Below are positions 31,901 through 46,900 of a stretch of DNA of 64,000 bases, one piece after another. Below the pieces are notes generated by a model that saw only the letters and a program-made list of their open reading frames with translations, was not told the origin of the DNA and did not search any database. This DNA is from Rhynchopus sp. YZ270_cl-10 (Eukaryota), in assembly GCA_964035575.1 (NCBI GenBank), contig OZ037839.1, positions 248,001 through 312,000 on the forward strand, read 5' to 3'. How positions within the stretch are numbered: the first letter of the stretch is position 1; each line of letters opens with the position of its first letter. Made by a program: the position numbers and the translations under genes.

Positions 31901-34900
31901 GGCACCGGCACCAACGCACTGGTGAAGGTTTGCAGCTCACGAACCTGAAGCTCAACATCCACGTGCAGGTTTTCCGCTCTGGCGGCCGTTTGTACCTCGG
32001 AAGCTTCAAGCTGAACGGTGTCGTGTGCGTGGTGCAGTGCAGCCTCGTTAGTAGCTGACACATCCTCAGCACTGCGGGTGTGCGGAAGTTCGTTGCTGTC
32101 TTGCACGTCCTCTGTCAGCAGCGCCACGCGCATCGCCATGTCGGCCACTTCTGCCTCAGCACATTCTTGCGCCAGTGCAGCATCGCGCGCCTTTGCGTGC
32201 AGGACAGAGCGTTCCTCATCCCATCGTGCAGTGTGCTCTTGCAGTTGCGACGCAGCCTGCGAACTGGCCACGTGCATGCGCTCCACCTCTGCCGCCAGAC
32301 GTGCACATTCCGCCTCTGCTTGTGCGCGCTCAGCAAGTCCCTGCTCGTGGCGCTGTTGGTAGGACTGCAGTGTGCGCTGCACTGCCTGTGCGTGCTCCTC
32401 TGCACACTGTCGTGCCTTGCCCTCGACGTCCAGGCTCGCAAGGCAGTCCTCCTGTGCCTCCTGTGCCTCTAGCGCCACCTCCTCCTGTGCGTGCAGGCTG
32501 TGCTCAAGGCTGTGCTCGCGCTCAAGGATCTCTTCGCTGTGCGCCGTCAGTGTGGCGATCTCAGACGACTGCTGTGTAACAGTGTCCTCCAGTGTTGCTG
32601 TGAGTGCCAGACGCTCACTGGCAAGTGCCGCATTTCTGTTAGCCTCTTGCTGTGTGGCCTCAAGCAGTGCTGTCTGGGTGCGCAGCATGTCCTCTGTCGT
32701 CTGCGCGTGCACAGCGTCATCCCGCAGCGAGGACACGGTGCGCGTCAGTGATGCAATGCGCGCAGCCTGCTCAGCTGCCGCTGTCTCGCTCTCCTCCATT
32801 TGGAGCAGCAGTGAGGCCACTTCCTCCACAGACGCGTTCAGCTCCTGCTGCAGATCCGCAGCACGCTGGTCACTGACACGCACGCTGTCCTGCGCACGCA
32901 ACACATCTGCTTCAGCAGCCGCTTTCACTGCACCCACCTCAGCGCCCACCCTATCCACGTCCCGCGCAAGACCGTCACGAACACGCTCCAGTTCCTGCAC
33001 CCTTTCGACAGCTGTTGCGAGCTTGTCCTCCAGATCACCACTAGCAGTGGTAAGGCTGGCCAGTGCTTCTTCCTGCCCTGCAGCGCTGCCGCGCAGTGTG
33101 TCCACTTCGACCAACAGCTCGGACACCTGAGTGGAGTACGCCTGCTCGCTGGCAGCACTGCGCACCATCAACTCCTCCAACGCCACTTTGTGTGCCTCTT
33201 GCGTGCCTTCCGCCTCGCGTACATAATCTGCATGCAACGTGCTGGCAGATGTCATCTCAGTGGTAAGAGACTCAACCTCAGTAGTGCTCGTCTCCAGCAA
33301 CGCTTCACAAGCAGCCAGAGACTCCTGCAACGTGGTGTGTGCTTCTTGTGCAGACAGCAGCTCTGCACGCACCTGCACAGCTTCCTCCTCACGAAGTGCT
33401 GCCTTCTTCTGTGCACGTTCCACATCAGACTCCATGTTGCTGATGCGCTGCTGAAGACCTGCCTGCTCTGCAACAGCTGCACGGCGCACCTCTTCTGCCT
33501 CGTCACGTTCACGCAGGCTCTCCTCCACACGTGTCTGCATGTCTGTCATCTGCTGCTTAAGTGCCTCACGTTCTGCCAGCTGTTCTGAGTCTCTGTGCTC
33601 ACGTGCCTGCTCCTGTGCATCTGCAGCTTCCGTCAGCTCCACCACACGTGCACGCAGATCCTCAACTTCGCCAGAATAATCCACACCAACAACTGAACTC
33701 TGTGAGAACGTCTCCTGCAAAACAACATCGCTGTGTGCAGCAACCTGCTCCAACACCTGCACAGTGTGAAGCTCTTCAGAATGAAGGTCGACAGGAGTGG
33801 CAGCTGTCTCTGTCTCAAGTGACGCAGACGTGTGCACATCACTGCTCACACGCAGCACACTCTCAGACTCGTGCAACTCCACAGCCACATCTGCAACAAC
33901 AGGGCAGCTTGTCTGGTGCTCAGAAGCATTGAGTATAGGTGCACGTTCTGCGGGTGCAGTTGATGCAGCTTCAGACACGTGAAGCTGCACAGGCACAGGC
34001 ACAGGCACCAACGCACTGGTGAAGGTTTGCAGCTCACGAACCTGAAGCTCAACATCCACGTGCAGGTTCTCCGCTTCATCCGTGCTGACTGCCTCAGGTG
34101 CGACTGCACGTTCTGCCTCAAGCACGACAGCCTGCTCCTTCAGGTCAGCAAGTGCCTGAGTCGTTGATACCAACTCACACTGCAGTGCATCAAGCTCCGC
34201 CACACGTGCACGCAGCTGTTCCCTTTCCTCCTCCATGTCTGCATTCGCAACGACAAGTGCCTCAGCTTCACCACGCACCTCCACAAGCTCGTCTTGTGTT
34301 GCCTCCAGTTCAGCATCACGCACAACAAGTGTCTCCTGCGACACACGAAGCTCTTCACGAAGACCAGCACCATCTGCCTCAACTGACACATCTGCATTGT
34401 GTGTTTCAGACACTTCCACAGACATGCAGTGTGCAGTCTCGGAAGCCTCGAGAACGGGACGCACAGCTTCAGGTGTGAAGACAACCTCCTCCTTACGCAG
34501 CAGCACATCTGCTTCGTGTGCCACAAGAGTGTCCAGAACACGAACGTTGCTCTGAGCACAGCGACGCAGCTCTGCAGTGTATGCAGCAGCATCGCTCAGA
34601 GTGGCTTCCTGCATGGCTGACGAAAGGTTCCATCGTGCGTTTGATTCCATCAACTCATGCAGCTCGAGGTCCTTGTCTGCAAGACTGCGAAGAGCGTGTG
34701 CCACTTCCTGCGTCAGGACAGCAACACGTTCGTCGTGCAACGCAGCTCCGTCACTCATCATGGTGCACTGCTGTGCCAGTGCCTCACGTTCTGCCAGCTG
34801 TTCTGAGTCTCTGTGCTCACGTGCCTGCTCCTGTGCTTCTGCAGCTTCCGTCAGCTCCACCACACGTGCACGCAGATCCTCAACTTCGCCAGAATAATCC

Positions 34901-37900
34901 ACACCAACAACTGAACTCTGTGAGAACGTCTCCTGCAAAACAACATCACTGTGTGCAGCAACCTGCTCCAACACCTGCACAGTGTGAAGCTCGACAGGAG
35001 TGGCAGCTGTCTGTGTCTCAAGTGAAGCAGACGTGTGCACATCACTGCTCACACTCAGCACACTCTCAGACTCGTGCAACTCCACAGCCACATCTGCAAC
35101 AACAGGGCAGCTTGTCTGGTGCTTAGAGACATTGAGGATAGGTGCACGTTCCACCGTTGCTGCTTCCATCTGTAGCACCAAGTTAGCATGTGATGCAGCT
35201 TCAAACACGTGAAGCTGCACAGGCATAGGCACCAATGCACTGGTGAAGGTTTGCAACTCACGAACCTGAAGCTCAACATCCACGTGCAGGTTTTCCGCTC
35301 TGGCGGCCGTTTGTACCTCGGAAGCTTCAAGCTGAACGGTGTCGTGTGCGTGGTGCAGTGCAGCCTCGTTGGTAGCTGACACATCCTCAGCACTGTGGGT
35401 GTGCGGAAGTGCGTTGCTGTCTTGCACGTCTTCTGTCAGCAGCGCCACGCGCATCGCCATGTCGGCCACTTCTGCCTCAGCACATTCTTGCGCTAGTGCA
35501 GCATCGCGTGCCTTTGCGTGCAGGACAGAGCGTTCCTCATCCCATCGTGCAGTGTGCTCTTGCAGTTGCGACGCAGCCTGCGAACTGGCCACGTGCATGC
35601 GCTCCACCTCTGCTGCCAGACGTTCACATTCCGCCTCTGCTTCATGAAGTGCCTCAGCTTCACCACGCACCTCCACAAGCTCGTCTTGTGTTGCCTCCAG
35701 TTCCGCATCACGCACAACAAGTGTCTCCTGCGACACACGAAGCTCTTCACGAAGACCAGCACCATCTGCCTCAACTGACACATCTGCATTGTGTGTTTCA
35801 GACACTTCCACAGACATGCAGTGTGCAGTCTCGGAAGCCTCGAGAACGGGACGCACAGCTTCAGGTGTGAAGACAACCTCCTCCTTACGCAGCAGCACAT
35901 CTGCTTCGTGTGCCACAAGAGTGTCCAGAACACGAACGTTGCTCTGAGCACAGCGACGCAGCTCTGCAGTGTATGCAGCAGCATCGCTCAGAGTGGCTTC
36001 CTGCATGGCTGACGAAAGGTTCCATCGTGCGTTTGCTTCCATCAACTCATGCAGCTCGATGTCCTTGTCGGCAAGACTGCGAAGAGCGTGTGCCACTTCC
36101 TGCGTCAGGACAGCAACACGTTCGTCGTGCAACGCAGCTCCTTCACTCATCATGGTGCACTGCTGTGCCAGTGCCTCACGTTCTGCCAGCTGTTCTGAGT
36201 CTCTGTGCTCACGTGCCTGCTCCTGTGCTTCTGCAGCTTCCGTCAGCTCCACCACACGTGCACGCAGATCCTCAACTTCGCCAGAATAATCCACACCAAC
36301 AACTGAACTCTGCGAGAACGTCTCCTGCAAAACAACATCACTGTGTGCAGCAACCTGCTCCAACACCTGCACAGTGTGAAGCTCTTCAGAATGAAGGTCG
36401 ACAGGAGTGGCAGCTGTCTGTGTCTCAAGTGACGCAGACGTGTGCACATCACTGCTCACACGCAGCACACTCTCAGACTCGTGCAACTCCACAGCCACAT
36501 CTGCAACAACAGGGCAGCTTGTCTGGTGCTCAGAAGCATTGAGGATAAGTGCGCGTTCTGCGGTTGCAGTTGATGCAGCTTCAAATACGTGAAGCTGCAC
36601 AGGCACAGGCACAGGCACCAGTGCACTGGTGAAGGTTTGCAGCTCACGAACCTGAAGCTCAACATCCACGTGCAGGTTTTCCGCTGAATCTGTTGTGCTG
36701 ACTGCCTCAGGTGCGACTGCACGTTCTGCCTCAAGCACGACAGACTGCTCCTTCAGGTCAGCAAGTGCCTGAGTCGTTGATACAAACTCACACTGCAGTG
36801 CGTCAAGCTCCGCCACACGTGCACGCAGCTGTTCCCTTTCCTCCTTCATGTGTGCATTCGCAACGACAAGTGCCTCAGCTTCACCACGCACCTCCACAAG
36901 CTCGTCTTGTGTTGCCTCCAGTTCAGCATCACGCACAACAAGTGTCTCCTGCGACACACGAAGCTCTTCACGAAGACCAGCACCATCTGCCTCACCTGAA
37001 ACATCTGCATTGTGTGTTTCAGACACTTCCACAGACATGCAGTGTGCAGTCTCGGAAGCCTCGAGAACGGGACGCACAGCTTCAGGTGTGAAGACAACCT
37101 CCTCCTTACGCAGCAGCACATCTGCTTCGTGTGCCACAAGAGTGTCCAGAACACGAACGTTGCTCTGAGCATAGCGACGCAGCTCTGCAGTGTATGCAGC
37201 AGCATCGCTCAGAGTGGCTTCCTGCATGGCTGACGAAAGGCTCCATCGTGCGTTTGATTCCATCAACTCATGCAGCTCGAGGTCCTTGTCTGCAAGACTG
37301 CGAAGAGCGTCTGCCACTTCCTGCGTCAGGATAGCAACACGTTCGTCGTGCAACGCCGCTCCTTCACTCATCACTGCACACTGTGCGTGGGAAGCAGCCA
37401 AGTCCTCCGTCAGGCTCGTCACAGCAGCACGCACAGACACACGATCTGTCTCGACGTCGTCAAGTTCGCCCTTCAGCACAGCAATCTCCTGCTCAAGAAT
37501 GGACACACGTTCAGAAGATGTCGACAGTTCTGTCTGCAAGGTACGAGCAGTTTGTGCTGCGTGTACCACATCAAGCTCGTGCAGTGCAAGCTGTTCCTGC
37601 AATACAATGACGTTCCTGTCGGCTGTCTCCTGCTCTTCTGCTGCAAGTGCATCGCCACGTGGATGAGCATCGAGAGAGGATAACTTCTCCTGCAGCGTCT
37701 CCTGTGCAGACAGCAGCTCTGCACGCACCTGCACAGCTTCCTCCTCACGAAGTGCTGCCTTCTTCTGTGCACGTTCCACATCAGACTCCATGTTGCTGAT
37801 GCGCTGCTGAAGACCTGCCTGCTCTGCAACAGCTGCACGGCGAACCTCTTCTGCCTCGTCACGTTCACGCAGACTCTCCTCCACACGTGTCTGCATGTCT

Positions 37901-40900
37901 GTCATCTGCTGCTTAAGTGCCTCACGTTCTGCCATCTGTTCAGGGATGTTAGCCAACTGTGCTGTGAGAGACACTAGGAGCTCTGCGTTGCTCTCAGCTG
38001 CAGTAATGTCCACGTAGCCAGGTGCGGTGTGGGACTGCTCCCTTGCGAGCAGGTGCACAGGTGTACACCCCTCCTTTGCGCGCACTGCCTCAGATGACGT
38101 GGCTTGCCTCGTCTCCGTGTCGAAGGCTGATGCACAGTCCAACGCGGCTTGCGTCTCAAGCAGCTCCTGCCTGAGGTCGTCCACTAGAGCAGAAAGTGTC
38201 GCCACCTCCGCAACGTTTGCATTGCCGAGCTCGGGCACTGTAAGAGTGCGTTCGGGAGAAATCACTGAGGGGGGTTCTGAGGCTTGCTCTGTCTGGACAG
38301 CGTTGTGCACAGAGCTCACCTCCGTGCGAACAACGTTGTCGGCAACATGGTGACGCACGACGGCCACCCTCGCCTCGAGTTCCTCTTGTACAAGAGACAG
38401 TTGCGCCTGAAGAGCGTGATTGTCGGCCTGCAACTGCACGACGTCCTGTGTCTGGATATGCGGCAACGATGCGTCTCTCTGCTCTAGCAAAGGATGCGAA
38501 GTCGTGGACACAGAAGCAGCCAGTGTGGTAAGGTCCTGGTACGGGGGCGTGCCTGTCTGGCTGTCGTGCGTCTCGAGCACTTCGCGGACAAGGAGGAGCT
38601 CGTTCTGCAGTTCCATCTCCTTCGCAAGCCGTGCCTGAAGGACTTCCTCTTGTACATCTCGACTGGCACGCGCTGTGTCTAGCTCTTCCTGTTGTGCAGA
38701 CATCTTTGCTGTGGCCTGCACCAACCCTGCCTGTAAGTTGTCCGCCTCCACCCTGGTGATGCTCTGCAGCAGTGCAAGCTCCTGCTTCTCCGACACAATC
38801 TTGTCGTACACAGCAAGCGGCACGCTCGTCTCCAGCTCTGCACGCATACTGGCCAGCTCGTCACGTAGCTCCATGATCTCACGCTCTACAGAAGCGTGAT
38901 GTGCAGCCATGCTCGGCGAGGGTGGTGACATGTCTGTGCGCAACGACGCACCAAGGGTGTCTTCCATGCTCACAGGTCTGAATAAGGAGCGATCCATGAC
39001 ATTGTCCTGCGGCACACCTTCAGCTAGGTGGGACGTAAGATGCACAGAGGGCACCGCTGTGCACAACACACGTGCGTACGACGCAGCAAAAGAAGACAGT
39101 TCGCAGCGACTATCGTGTAGCATGTTCGTCAGCACCTCACAGCGCCCTTCCATGTGGCGCAGAAGAAGATGCTCTGTGTGTGCACCAACAGAAGCCGTCT
39201 CCTCCTGCATCGTGTCCAACTCTAGTTTCTCAACCATACTGCGAATGGCGTTCAGTTCTTCATTAGGCAGGTCGTCATCTGGGTTAGGGAACACAGGCAC
39301 CGTGCTCATCAATGCAGACTTCTCCTTCTGCAGCGTGTCCACAAGGATGCGCAGGTCAAAGAGTTCACGCATCTCAGCCTCACTCGTGTGTGCTGTGTCT
39401 GAGGAGGGAATGGTGCCGACATACTCAGACAGCATGCTTGCAAGCTCCTCCCCTGCTTCGGCATGCAGTAAGCAGATACCCGACATGCACTCCGTCTCAA
39501 GGTGCGAAAGTGCACGTTCCACAGCCAGCTCTTCTGCCCTGTCCACGTGCACAAGCACAGACGACTGCAACACCTGTGCAGCCTCACGGAGCGACTCTCT
39601 GTCCAACTGCGACTCAGACAGGGACAGCTGCATTGCTGCCAGCTTCGCGCTGTCTCCATGCACTGCTGCAATGGAGGCAAAGTGTGCAGACTCCAGTGTC
39701 TGCAGTGAAGACTCGAGCAGTGTTTCAATCACACGGCGCGCAGTCGTCTCCAGCTCAACAAACATCGGTACAGATGAAGGTGTCTCGCCCGCTGCCTCAA
39801 GATCCGACAAACGTGCACGCAGCTGTTCCCTTTCCTCCTTCATGTCTGCATTCGCAACGACAAGTGCTTCAGCTTCACCACGCACCTCCACAAGCTCGTC
39901 TTGTGTTGCCTCCAGTTCCGCATCACGCACAACAAGCGTCTCCTGCGACACACGAAGCTCTTCACGAAGACCAGCAGCGTCAGTATCGCGCACGAAATTT
40001 CCTTCAACTGCATCTGCGAGCTGCGCACGTACCGCAGACAGATCATCACGCAACTCAGACACACTACGGTCAGCAGCATCCAGCTTGCTTCTCAGTTGTA
40101 CTACTTCCTCACCAGACGTGTGTTGGTCATGCAGCTGCTGCTCCACCGAAGACAGTGCCTCACCTGCACTCAGACCACGCAAGCGCGACATCTCTGCATT
40201 GCGTGCCTCTGCAGCAGTCTCAGACTCAACCTTCTCCTTCTGAAACGTGTCCACCAGAATACGCAGGTCAAACAGTTCTTTGCTCACATCTGCCGGAACT
40301 GCTGGGGTATCGAGTGACTCCTGTTCAGCTGTTATCGTATGTAGTGTCTCCTCAGTGGCTGCAAGAGCCTCTTGTGCAGACAGCAGCTCTGCACGCACCT
40401 GCACAGCTTCCTCCTCACGAAGTGCTGCCTTCTTCTGTGCACGTTCCACATCAGACTCCATGTTGCTGATGCGCTGCTGAAGACCTGCCTGCTCTGCAAC
40501 AGCTGCACGGCGAACCTCTTCTGCCTCGTCACGTTCACGCAGACTCTCCTCCACACGTGTCTGCATGTCTGTCATCTGTTGCAAGAGTGCCTCACGTTCT
40601 GCTGTTTCTTCAGCACTTGACGTCACAGGAACAGAAGCAGAGGTGGCAACATCACATTCCACACGCATGTCAGCGGCAATGTCCTCAGCTGCAACAGCCC
40701 TCGTTTCAGCAGCTGCCAACTTCATGCGGAGTTCCGACAACTCAGCTGCCTCAGCATGTTGGTCGTGCAGTTGCTGCTCAACAGCAGACAGAGCTTCTCC
40801 AGCACTCAGAGCACGAAGTCTTGCCAGCTCAGTGTTGCGTGTCTCACTTGCCTCCTCTGCCGCAGCTGTCTCCTTCTGCAGCGTGTCCACAAGGATGCGC

Positions 40901-43900
40901 AAGTCAAAGAGTTCACGCAGCTCAGCCTCACTCGTGTGTGCTGTGTCTGAGGAGGGAATAGTGCCGACATACTCAGACAGCATGCTTGCAAGCTCCTCCC
41001 CTGCTTCGGCATGCAGTAAGCAGATACCCGACATGCACTCCGTCTCAAGGTGTGAAAGTGCACGTTCCACAGCCAGCTCTTCTGCCCTGTCCACGTGCAC
41101 AAGCACAGACGACTGCAACACCTGTGCAGCCTCACGGAGCGACTCTCTGTCCAACTGCGACTCAGACAGGGACAGCTGCATTGCTGCCAGCTTCGCGCTG
41201 TCTCCATGCACTGCTGCAATGGAGGCAAAGTGTGCAGACTCCAGTGTCTGCAGTGAAGACTCGAGCAGTGTTTCAATCACACGGCGCGCAGTCGTCTCCA
41301 GCTCAACAAACATCGGTACAGATGAAGGTGTCTCGCCCGCTGCCTCAAGATCCGACAAACGTGCACGCAGCTGTTCCCTTTCCTCCTTCATGTCTGCATT
41401 CGCAACGACAAGTGCTTCAGCTTCACCTCGCACCTCCACAAGCTCGTCTTGTGTTGACCCCAGTTCCGCATCACGCACAACAAGTGTCTCCTGCGACACA
41501 CGAAGCTCTTCACGAAGACCAGCAGCGTCAGTATCACCTGATCTCTCCTCCTCAGTAACATGTGCAAGTTGACCGCGTAGTACAGAAACCTCCTCACGCA
41601 ACTCAGACACACTACGGTGAGCAGCATCCACCTTGCTTCTCAGTTGTGCTACTTCCACTCCAGACGTGTGTTGGTCATGCAGCTGCTGCTCCACCGAAGA
41701 CAGTGCCTCACCTGCACTCAGACCACGCAAGCGAGACATCTCTGCATTGCGTGCCTCTGCAGCAGTCTCAGACTCAACCTTCTCCTTCTGCAACGTGTCC
41801 ACCAGAATACGCAGGTCAAACAGTTCTTTGCTCACATCTGCCGGAACTGCTGGGGTATCGAGTGACTCCTGTTCAGCTGTTATCGTGTGTAGTGTCTCCT
41901 CAGTGGCTGCAAGAGCCTCTTGTGCAGACAGCAGCTCTGCACGCACCTGCACAGCTTCCTCCTCACGAAGTGCTGCCTTCTTCTGTGCACGTTCCACATC
42001 AGACTCCAGGTTGCTGATGCGCTGCTGAAGACCTGCCTGCTCTGCAACAGCTGCACGGCGAACATCTTCTGCCTCGTCACGTTCACGCAGACTCTCCTCC
42101 ACACGTGTTTGCATGTCTGTCATCTGTTGCAAGAGTGCCTCACGTTCTGCTGTTTCTTCAGCACTTGACGTCACAGGAACAGAAGCAGAGGTGGTAATGT
42201 CACGCTCCACACGCATGTCAGCGGCAATGTCCTCAGCTGCAACAGCCCTCGTTTCAGCAGCTGCCAACTTCATGCGCACTTCCGACAACTCAGCTGCCTC
42301 AGCATGTTGGTCGTGCAGTTGCTGCTCAACAGCAGACAGAGCTTCTCCAGCACTCAGAGCACGAAGTCTTGCCAGCTCAGTGTTGCGTGTCTCACTTGCC
42401 TCCTCTGCCGCAGCTGTCTCCTTCTGCAGCGTGTCCACAAGTATGCGCAAGTCAAAGAGTTCACGCAGCTCAGCCTCACTCGTGTGTGCTGTGTCTGAGG
42501 AGGGAATGGTGCCGACATACTCAGACAGCATGCTTGCAAGCTCCTCCCCTGCTTCGGCATGCAGTAAGCAGATACCCGACATGCACTCCGTCTCAAGGTG
42601 CGAAAGTGCACGCTGCACAGCCAGCTCTTCTGCCCTGTCCACGTGCACAAGCACAGACGACTGCAACCCCTGTGCAGCCTCACGGAGCGACTCTCTGTCC
42701 AACTGCGACTCAGACAGGGACAGCTGCATTGCTGCCAGCTTCGCGTTGTCTCCATGCACTGCTGCAATGGAGGCAAAGTGTGCAGACTCCAGTGTCTGCA
42801 GTGAAGACTCGAGCAGTGCTTCAATCACACGGCGCGCAGTCGTCTCCAGCTCAACAAACATCGGTACAGATGAAGGTGTCTCGCCCGCTGCCTCAAGATC
42901 CGACAAACGTGCACGCAGCTGTTCCCTTTCCTCCTTCATGTCTGCATTCGCAACGACAAGTGCTTCAGCTTCACCTCGCACCTCCACAAGCTCGTCTTGT
43001 GTTGACCCCAGTTCCGCATCACGCACAACAAGTGTCTCCTGCGACACACGAAGCTCTTCACGAAGACCAGCAGCGTCAGTATCACCTGATCTCTCCTCCT
43101 CAGTAACATGTGCAAGTTGACCGCGTAGTACAGAAACCTCCTCACGCAACTCAGACACACTACGGTCAGCAGCAGAGAACTTCGACTCAGCAGCATCCAG
43201 CTTGCTTCTCAGTTGTGCTACTTCCACTCCAGACGTGTGTTGGTCATGCAGCTGCTGCTCCACCGAAGACAGTGCCTCGCCTGCACTCAGACCACGCAAG
43301 CGAGACATCTCTGCATTGCGTGCCTCTGCAGCAGTCTCAGACTCAACCTTCTCCTTCTGCAACGTGTCCACCAGAATACGCAGGTCAAACAGTTCTTTGC
43401 TCACATCTGCCGGAACTGCTGGGGTATCGAGTGACTCCTGTTCAGCTGTTATCGTGTGTAGTGTCTCCTCAGTGGCTGCAAGAGCCTCTTGTGCAGACAG
43501 CAGCTCTGCACGCACCTGCACAGCTTCCTCCTCACGAAGTGCTGCCTTCTTCTGTGCACGTTCCACATCAGACTCCAGGTTGCTGATGCGCTGCTGAAGA
43601 CCTGCCTGCTCTGCAACAGCTGCACGGCGAACATCTTCTGCCTCGTCACGTTCACGCAGACTCTCCTCCACACGTGTCTGCATGTCTGTCATCTGTTGCA
43701 AGAGTGCCTCACGTTCTGCTGTTTCTTCAGCACTTGACGTCACAGGAACAGAAGCAGAGGTGGTAATGTCACGCTCCACACGCATGTCAGCGGCAATGTC
43801 CTCAGCTGCAACAGCCCTCGTTTCAGCAGCTGCCAACTTCATGCGCACTTCCGACAACTCAGCTGCCTCAGCATGTTGGTCGTGCAGTTGCTGCTCAACA

Positions 43901-46900
43901 GCAGACAGAGCTTCTCCAGCACTCAGAGCACGAAGTCTTGCCAGCTCAGTGTTGCGTGTCTCACTTGCCTCCTCTGCCGCAGCTGTCTCCTTCTGCAGCG
44001 TGTCCACAAGTATGCGCAAGTCAAAGAGTTCACGCAGCTCAGCCTCACTCGTGTGTGCTGTGTCTGAGGAGGGAATGGTGCCGACATACTCAGACAGCAT
44101 GCTTGCAAGCTCCTCCCCTGCTTCGGCATGCAGTAAGCAGATACCCGACATGCACTCCGTCTCAAGGTGTGAAAGTGCACGTTCCACAGCCAGCTCTTCT
44201 GCCCTGTCCACGTGCACAAGCACAGACGACTGCAACACCTGTGCAGCCTCACGGAGCGACTCTCTGTCCAACTGCGACTCAGACAGGGACAGCTGCATTG
44301 CTGCCAGCTTCGCGCTGTCTCCATGCACTGCTGCAATGGAGGCAAAGTGTGCAGACTCCAGTGTCTGCAGTGAAGACTCGAGCAGTGTTTCAATCACACG
44401 GCGCGCAGTCGTCTCCAGCTCAACAAACATCGGTACAGATGAAGGTGTCTCGCCCGCTGCCTCAAGATCCGACAAACGTGCACGCAGCTGTTCCCTTTCC
44501 TCCTTCATGTCTGCATTCGCAACGACAAGTGCTTCAGCTTCACCTCGCACCTCCACAAGCTCGTCTTGTGTTGACCCCAGTTCCGCATCACGCACAACAA
44601 GTGTCTCCTGCGACACACGAAGCTCTTCACGAAGACCAGCAGCGTCAGTATCACCTGATCTCTCCTCCTCAGTAACATGTGCAAGTTGACCGCGTAGTAC
44701 AGAAACCTCCTCACGCAACTCAGACACACTACGGTGAGCAGCATCCACCTTGCTTCTCAGTTGTGCTACTTCCACTCCAGACGTGTGTTGGTCATGCAGC
44801 TGCTGCTCCACCGAAGACAGTGCCTCACCTGCACTCAGACCACGCAAGCGAGACATCTCTGCATTGCGTGCCTCTGCAGCAGTCTCAGACTCAACCTTCT
44901 CCTTCTGCAACGTGTCCACCAGAATACGCAGGTCAAACAGTTCTTTGCTCACATCTGCCGGAACTGCTGGGGTATCGAGTGACTCCTGTTCAGCTGTTAT
45001 CGTGTGTAGTGTCTCCTCAGTGGCTGCAAGAGCCTCTTGTGCAGACAGCAGCTCTGCACGCACCTGCACAGCTTCCTCCTCACGAAGTGCTGCCTTCTTC
45101 TGTGCACGTTCCACATCAGACTCCAGGTTGCTGATGCGCTGCTGAAGACCTGCCTGCTCTGCAACAGCTGCACGGCGAACATCTTCTGCCTCGTCACGTT
45201 CACGCAGACTCTCCTCCACACGTGTTTGCATGTCTGTCATCTGTTGCAAGAGTGCCTCACGTTCTGCTGTTTCTTCAGCACTTGACGTCACAGGAACAGA
45301 AGCAGAGGTGGTAATGTCACGCTCCACACGCATGTCAGCGGCAATGTCCTCAGCTGCAACAGCCCTCGTTTCAGCAGCTGCCAACTTCATGCGCACTTCC
45401 GACAACTCAGCTGCCTCAGCATGTTGGTCGTGCAGTTGCTGCTCAACAGCAGACAGAGCTTCTCCAGCACTCAGAGCACGAAGTCTTGCCAGCTCAGTGT
45501 TGCGTGTCTCACTTGCCTCCTCTGCCGCAGCTGTCTCCTTCTGCAGCGTGTCCACAAGTATGCGCAAGTCAAAGAGTTCACGCAGCTCAGCCTCACTCGT
45601 GTGTGCTGTGTCTGAGGAGGGAATGGTGCCGACATACTCAGACAGCATGCTTGCAAGCTCCTCCCCTGCTTCGGCATGCAGTAAGCAGATACCCGACATG
45701 CACTCCGTCTCAAGGTGCGAAAGTGCACGCTGCACAGCCAGCTCTTCTGCCCTGTCCACGTGCACAAGCACAGACGACTGCAACCCCTGTGCAGCCTCAC
45801 GGAGCGACTCTCTGTCCAACTGCGACTCAGACAGGGACAGCTGCATTGCTGCCAGCTTCGCGTTGTCTCCATGCACTGCTGCAATGGAGGCAAAGTGTGC
45901 AGACTCCAGTGTCTGCAGTGAAGACTCGAGCAGTGCTTCAATCACACGGCGCGCAGTCGTCTCCAGCTCAACAAACATCGGTACAGATGAAGGTGTCTCG
46001 CCCGCTGCCTCAAGATCCGACAAACGTGCACGCAGCTGTTCCCTTTCCTCCTTCATGTCTGCATTCGCAACGACAAGTGCTTCAGCTTCACCTCGCACCT
46101 CCACAAGCTCGTCTTGTGTTGACCCCAGTTCCGCATCACGCACAACAAGTGTCTCCTGCGACACACGAAGCTCTTCACGAAGACCAGCAGCGTCAGTATC
46201 ACCTGATCTCTCCTCCTCAGTAACATGTGCAAGTTGACCGCGTAGTACAGAAACCTCCTCACGCAACTCAGACACACTACGGTCAGCAGCAGAGAACTTC
46301 GACTCAGCAGCATCCAGCTTGCTTCTCAGTTGTGCTACTTCCACTCCAGACGTGTGTTGGTCATGCAGCTGCTGCTCCACCGAAGACAGTGCCTCGCCTG
46401 CACTCAGACCACGCAAGCGAGACATCTCTGCATTGCGTGCCTCTGCAGCAGTCTCAGACTCAACCTTCTCCTTCTGCAACGTGTCCACCAGAATACGCAG
46501 GTCAAACAGTTCTTTGCTCACATCTGCCGGAACTGCTGGGGTATCGAGTGACTCCTGTTCAGCTGTTATCGTGTGTAGTGTCTCCTCAGTGGCTGCAAGA
46601 GCCTCTTGTGCAGACAGCAGCTCTGCACGCACCTGCACAGCTTCCTCCTCACGAAGTGCTGCCTTCTTCTGTGCACGTTCCACATCAGACTCCAGGTTGC
46701 TGATGCGCTGCTGAAGACCTGCCTGCTCTGCAACAGCTGCACGGCGAACATCTTCTGCCTCGTCACGTTCACGCAGACTCTCCTCCACACGTGTCTGCAT
46801 GTCTGTCATCTGTTGCAAGAGTGCCTCACGTTCTGCTGTTTCTTCAGCACTTGACGTCACAGGAACAGAAGCAGAGGTGGTAATGTCACGCTCCACACGC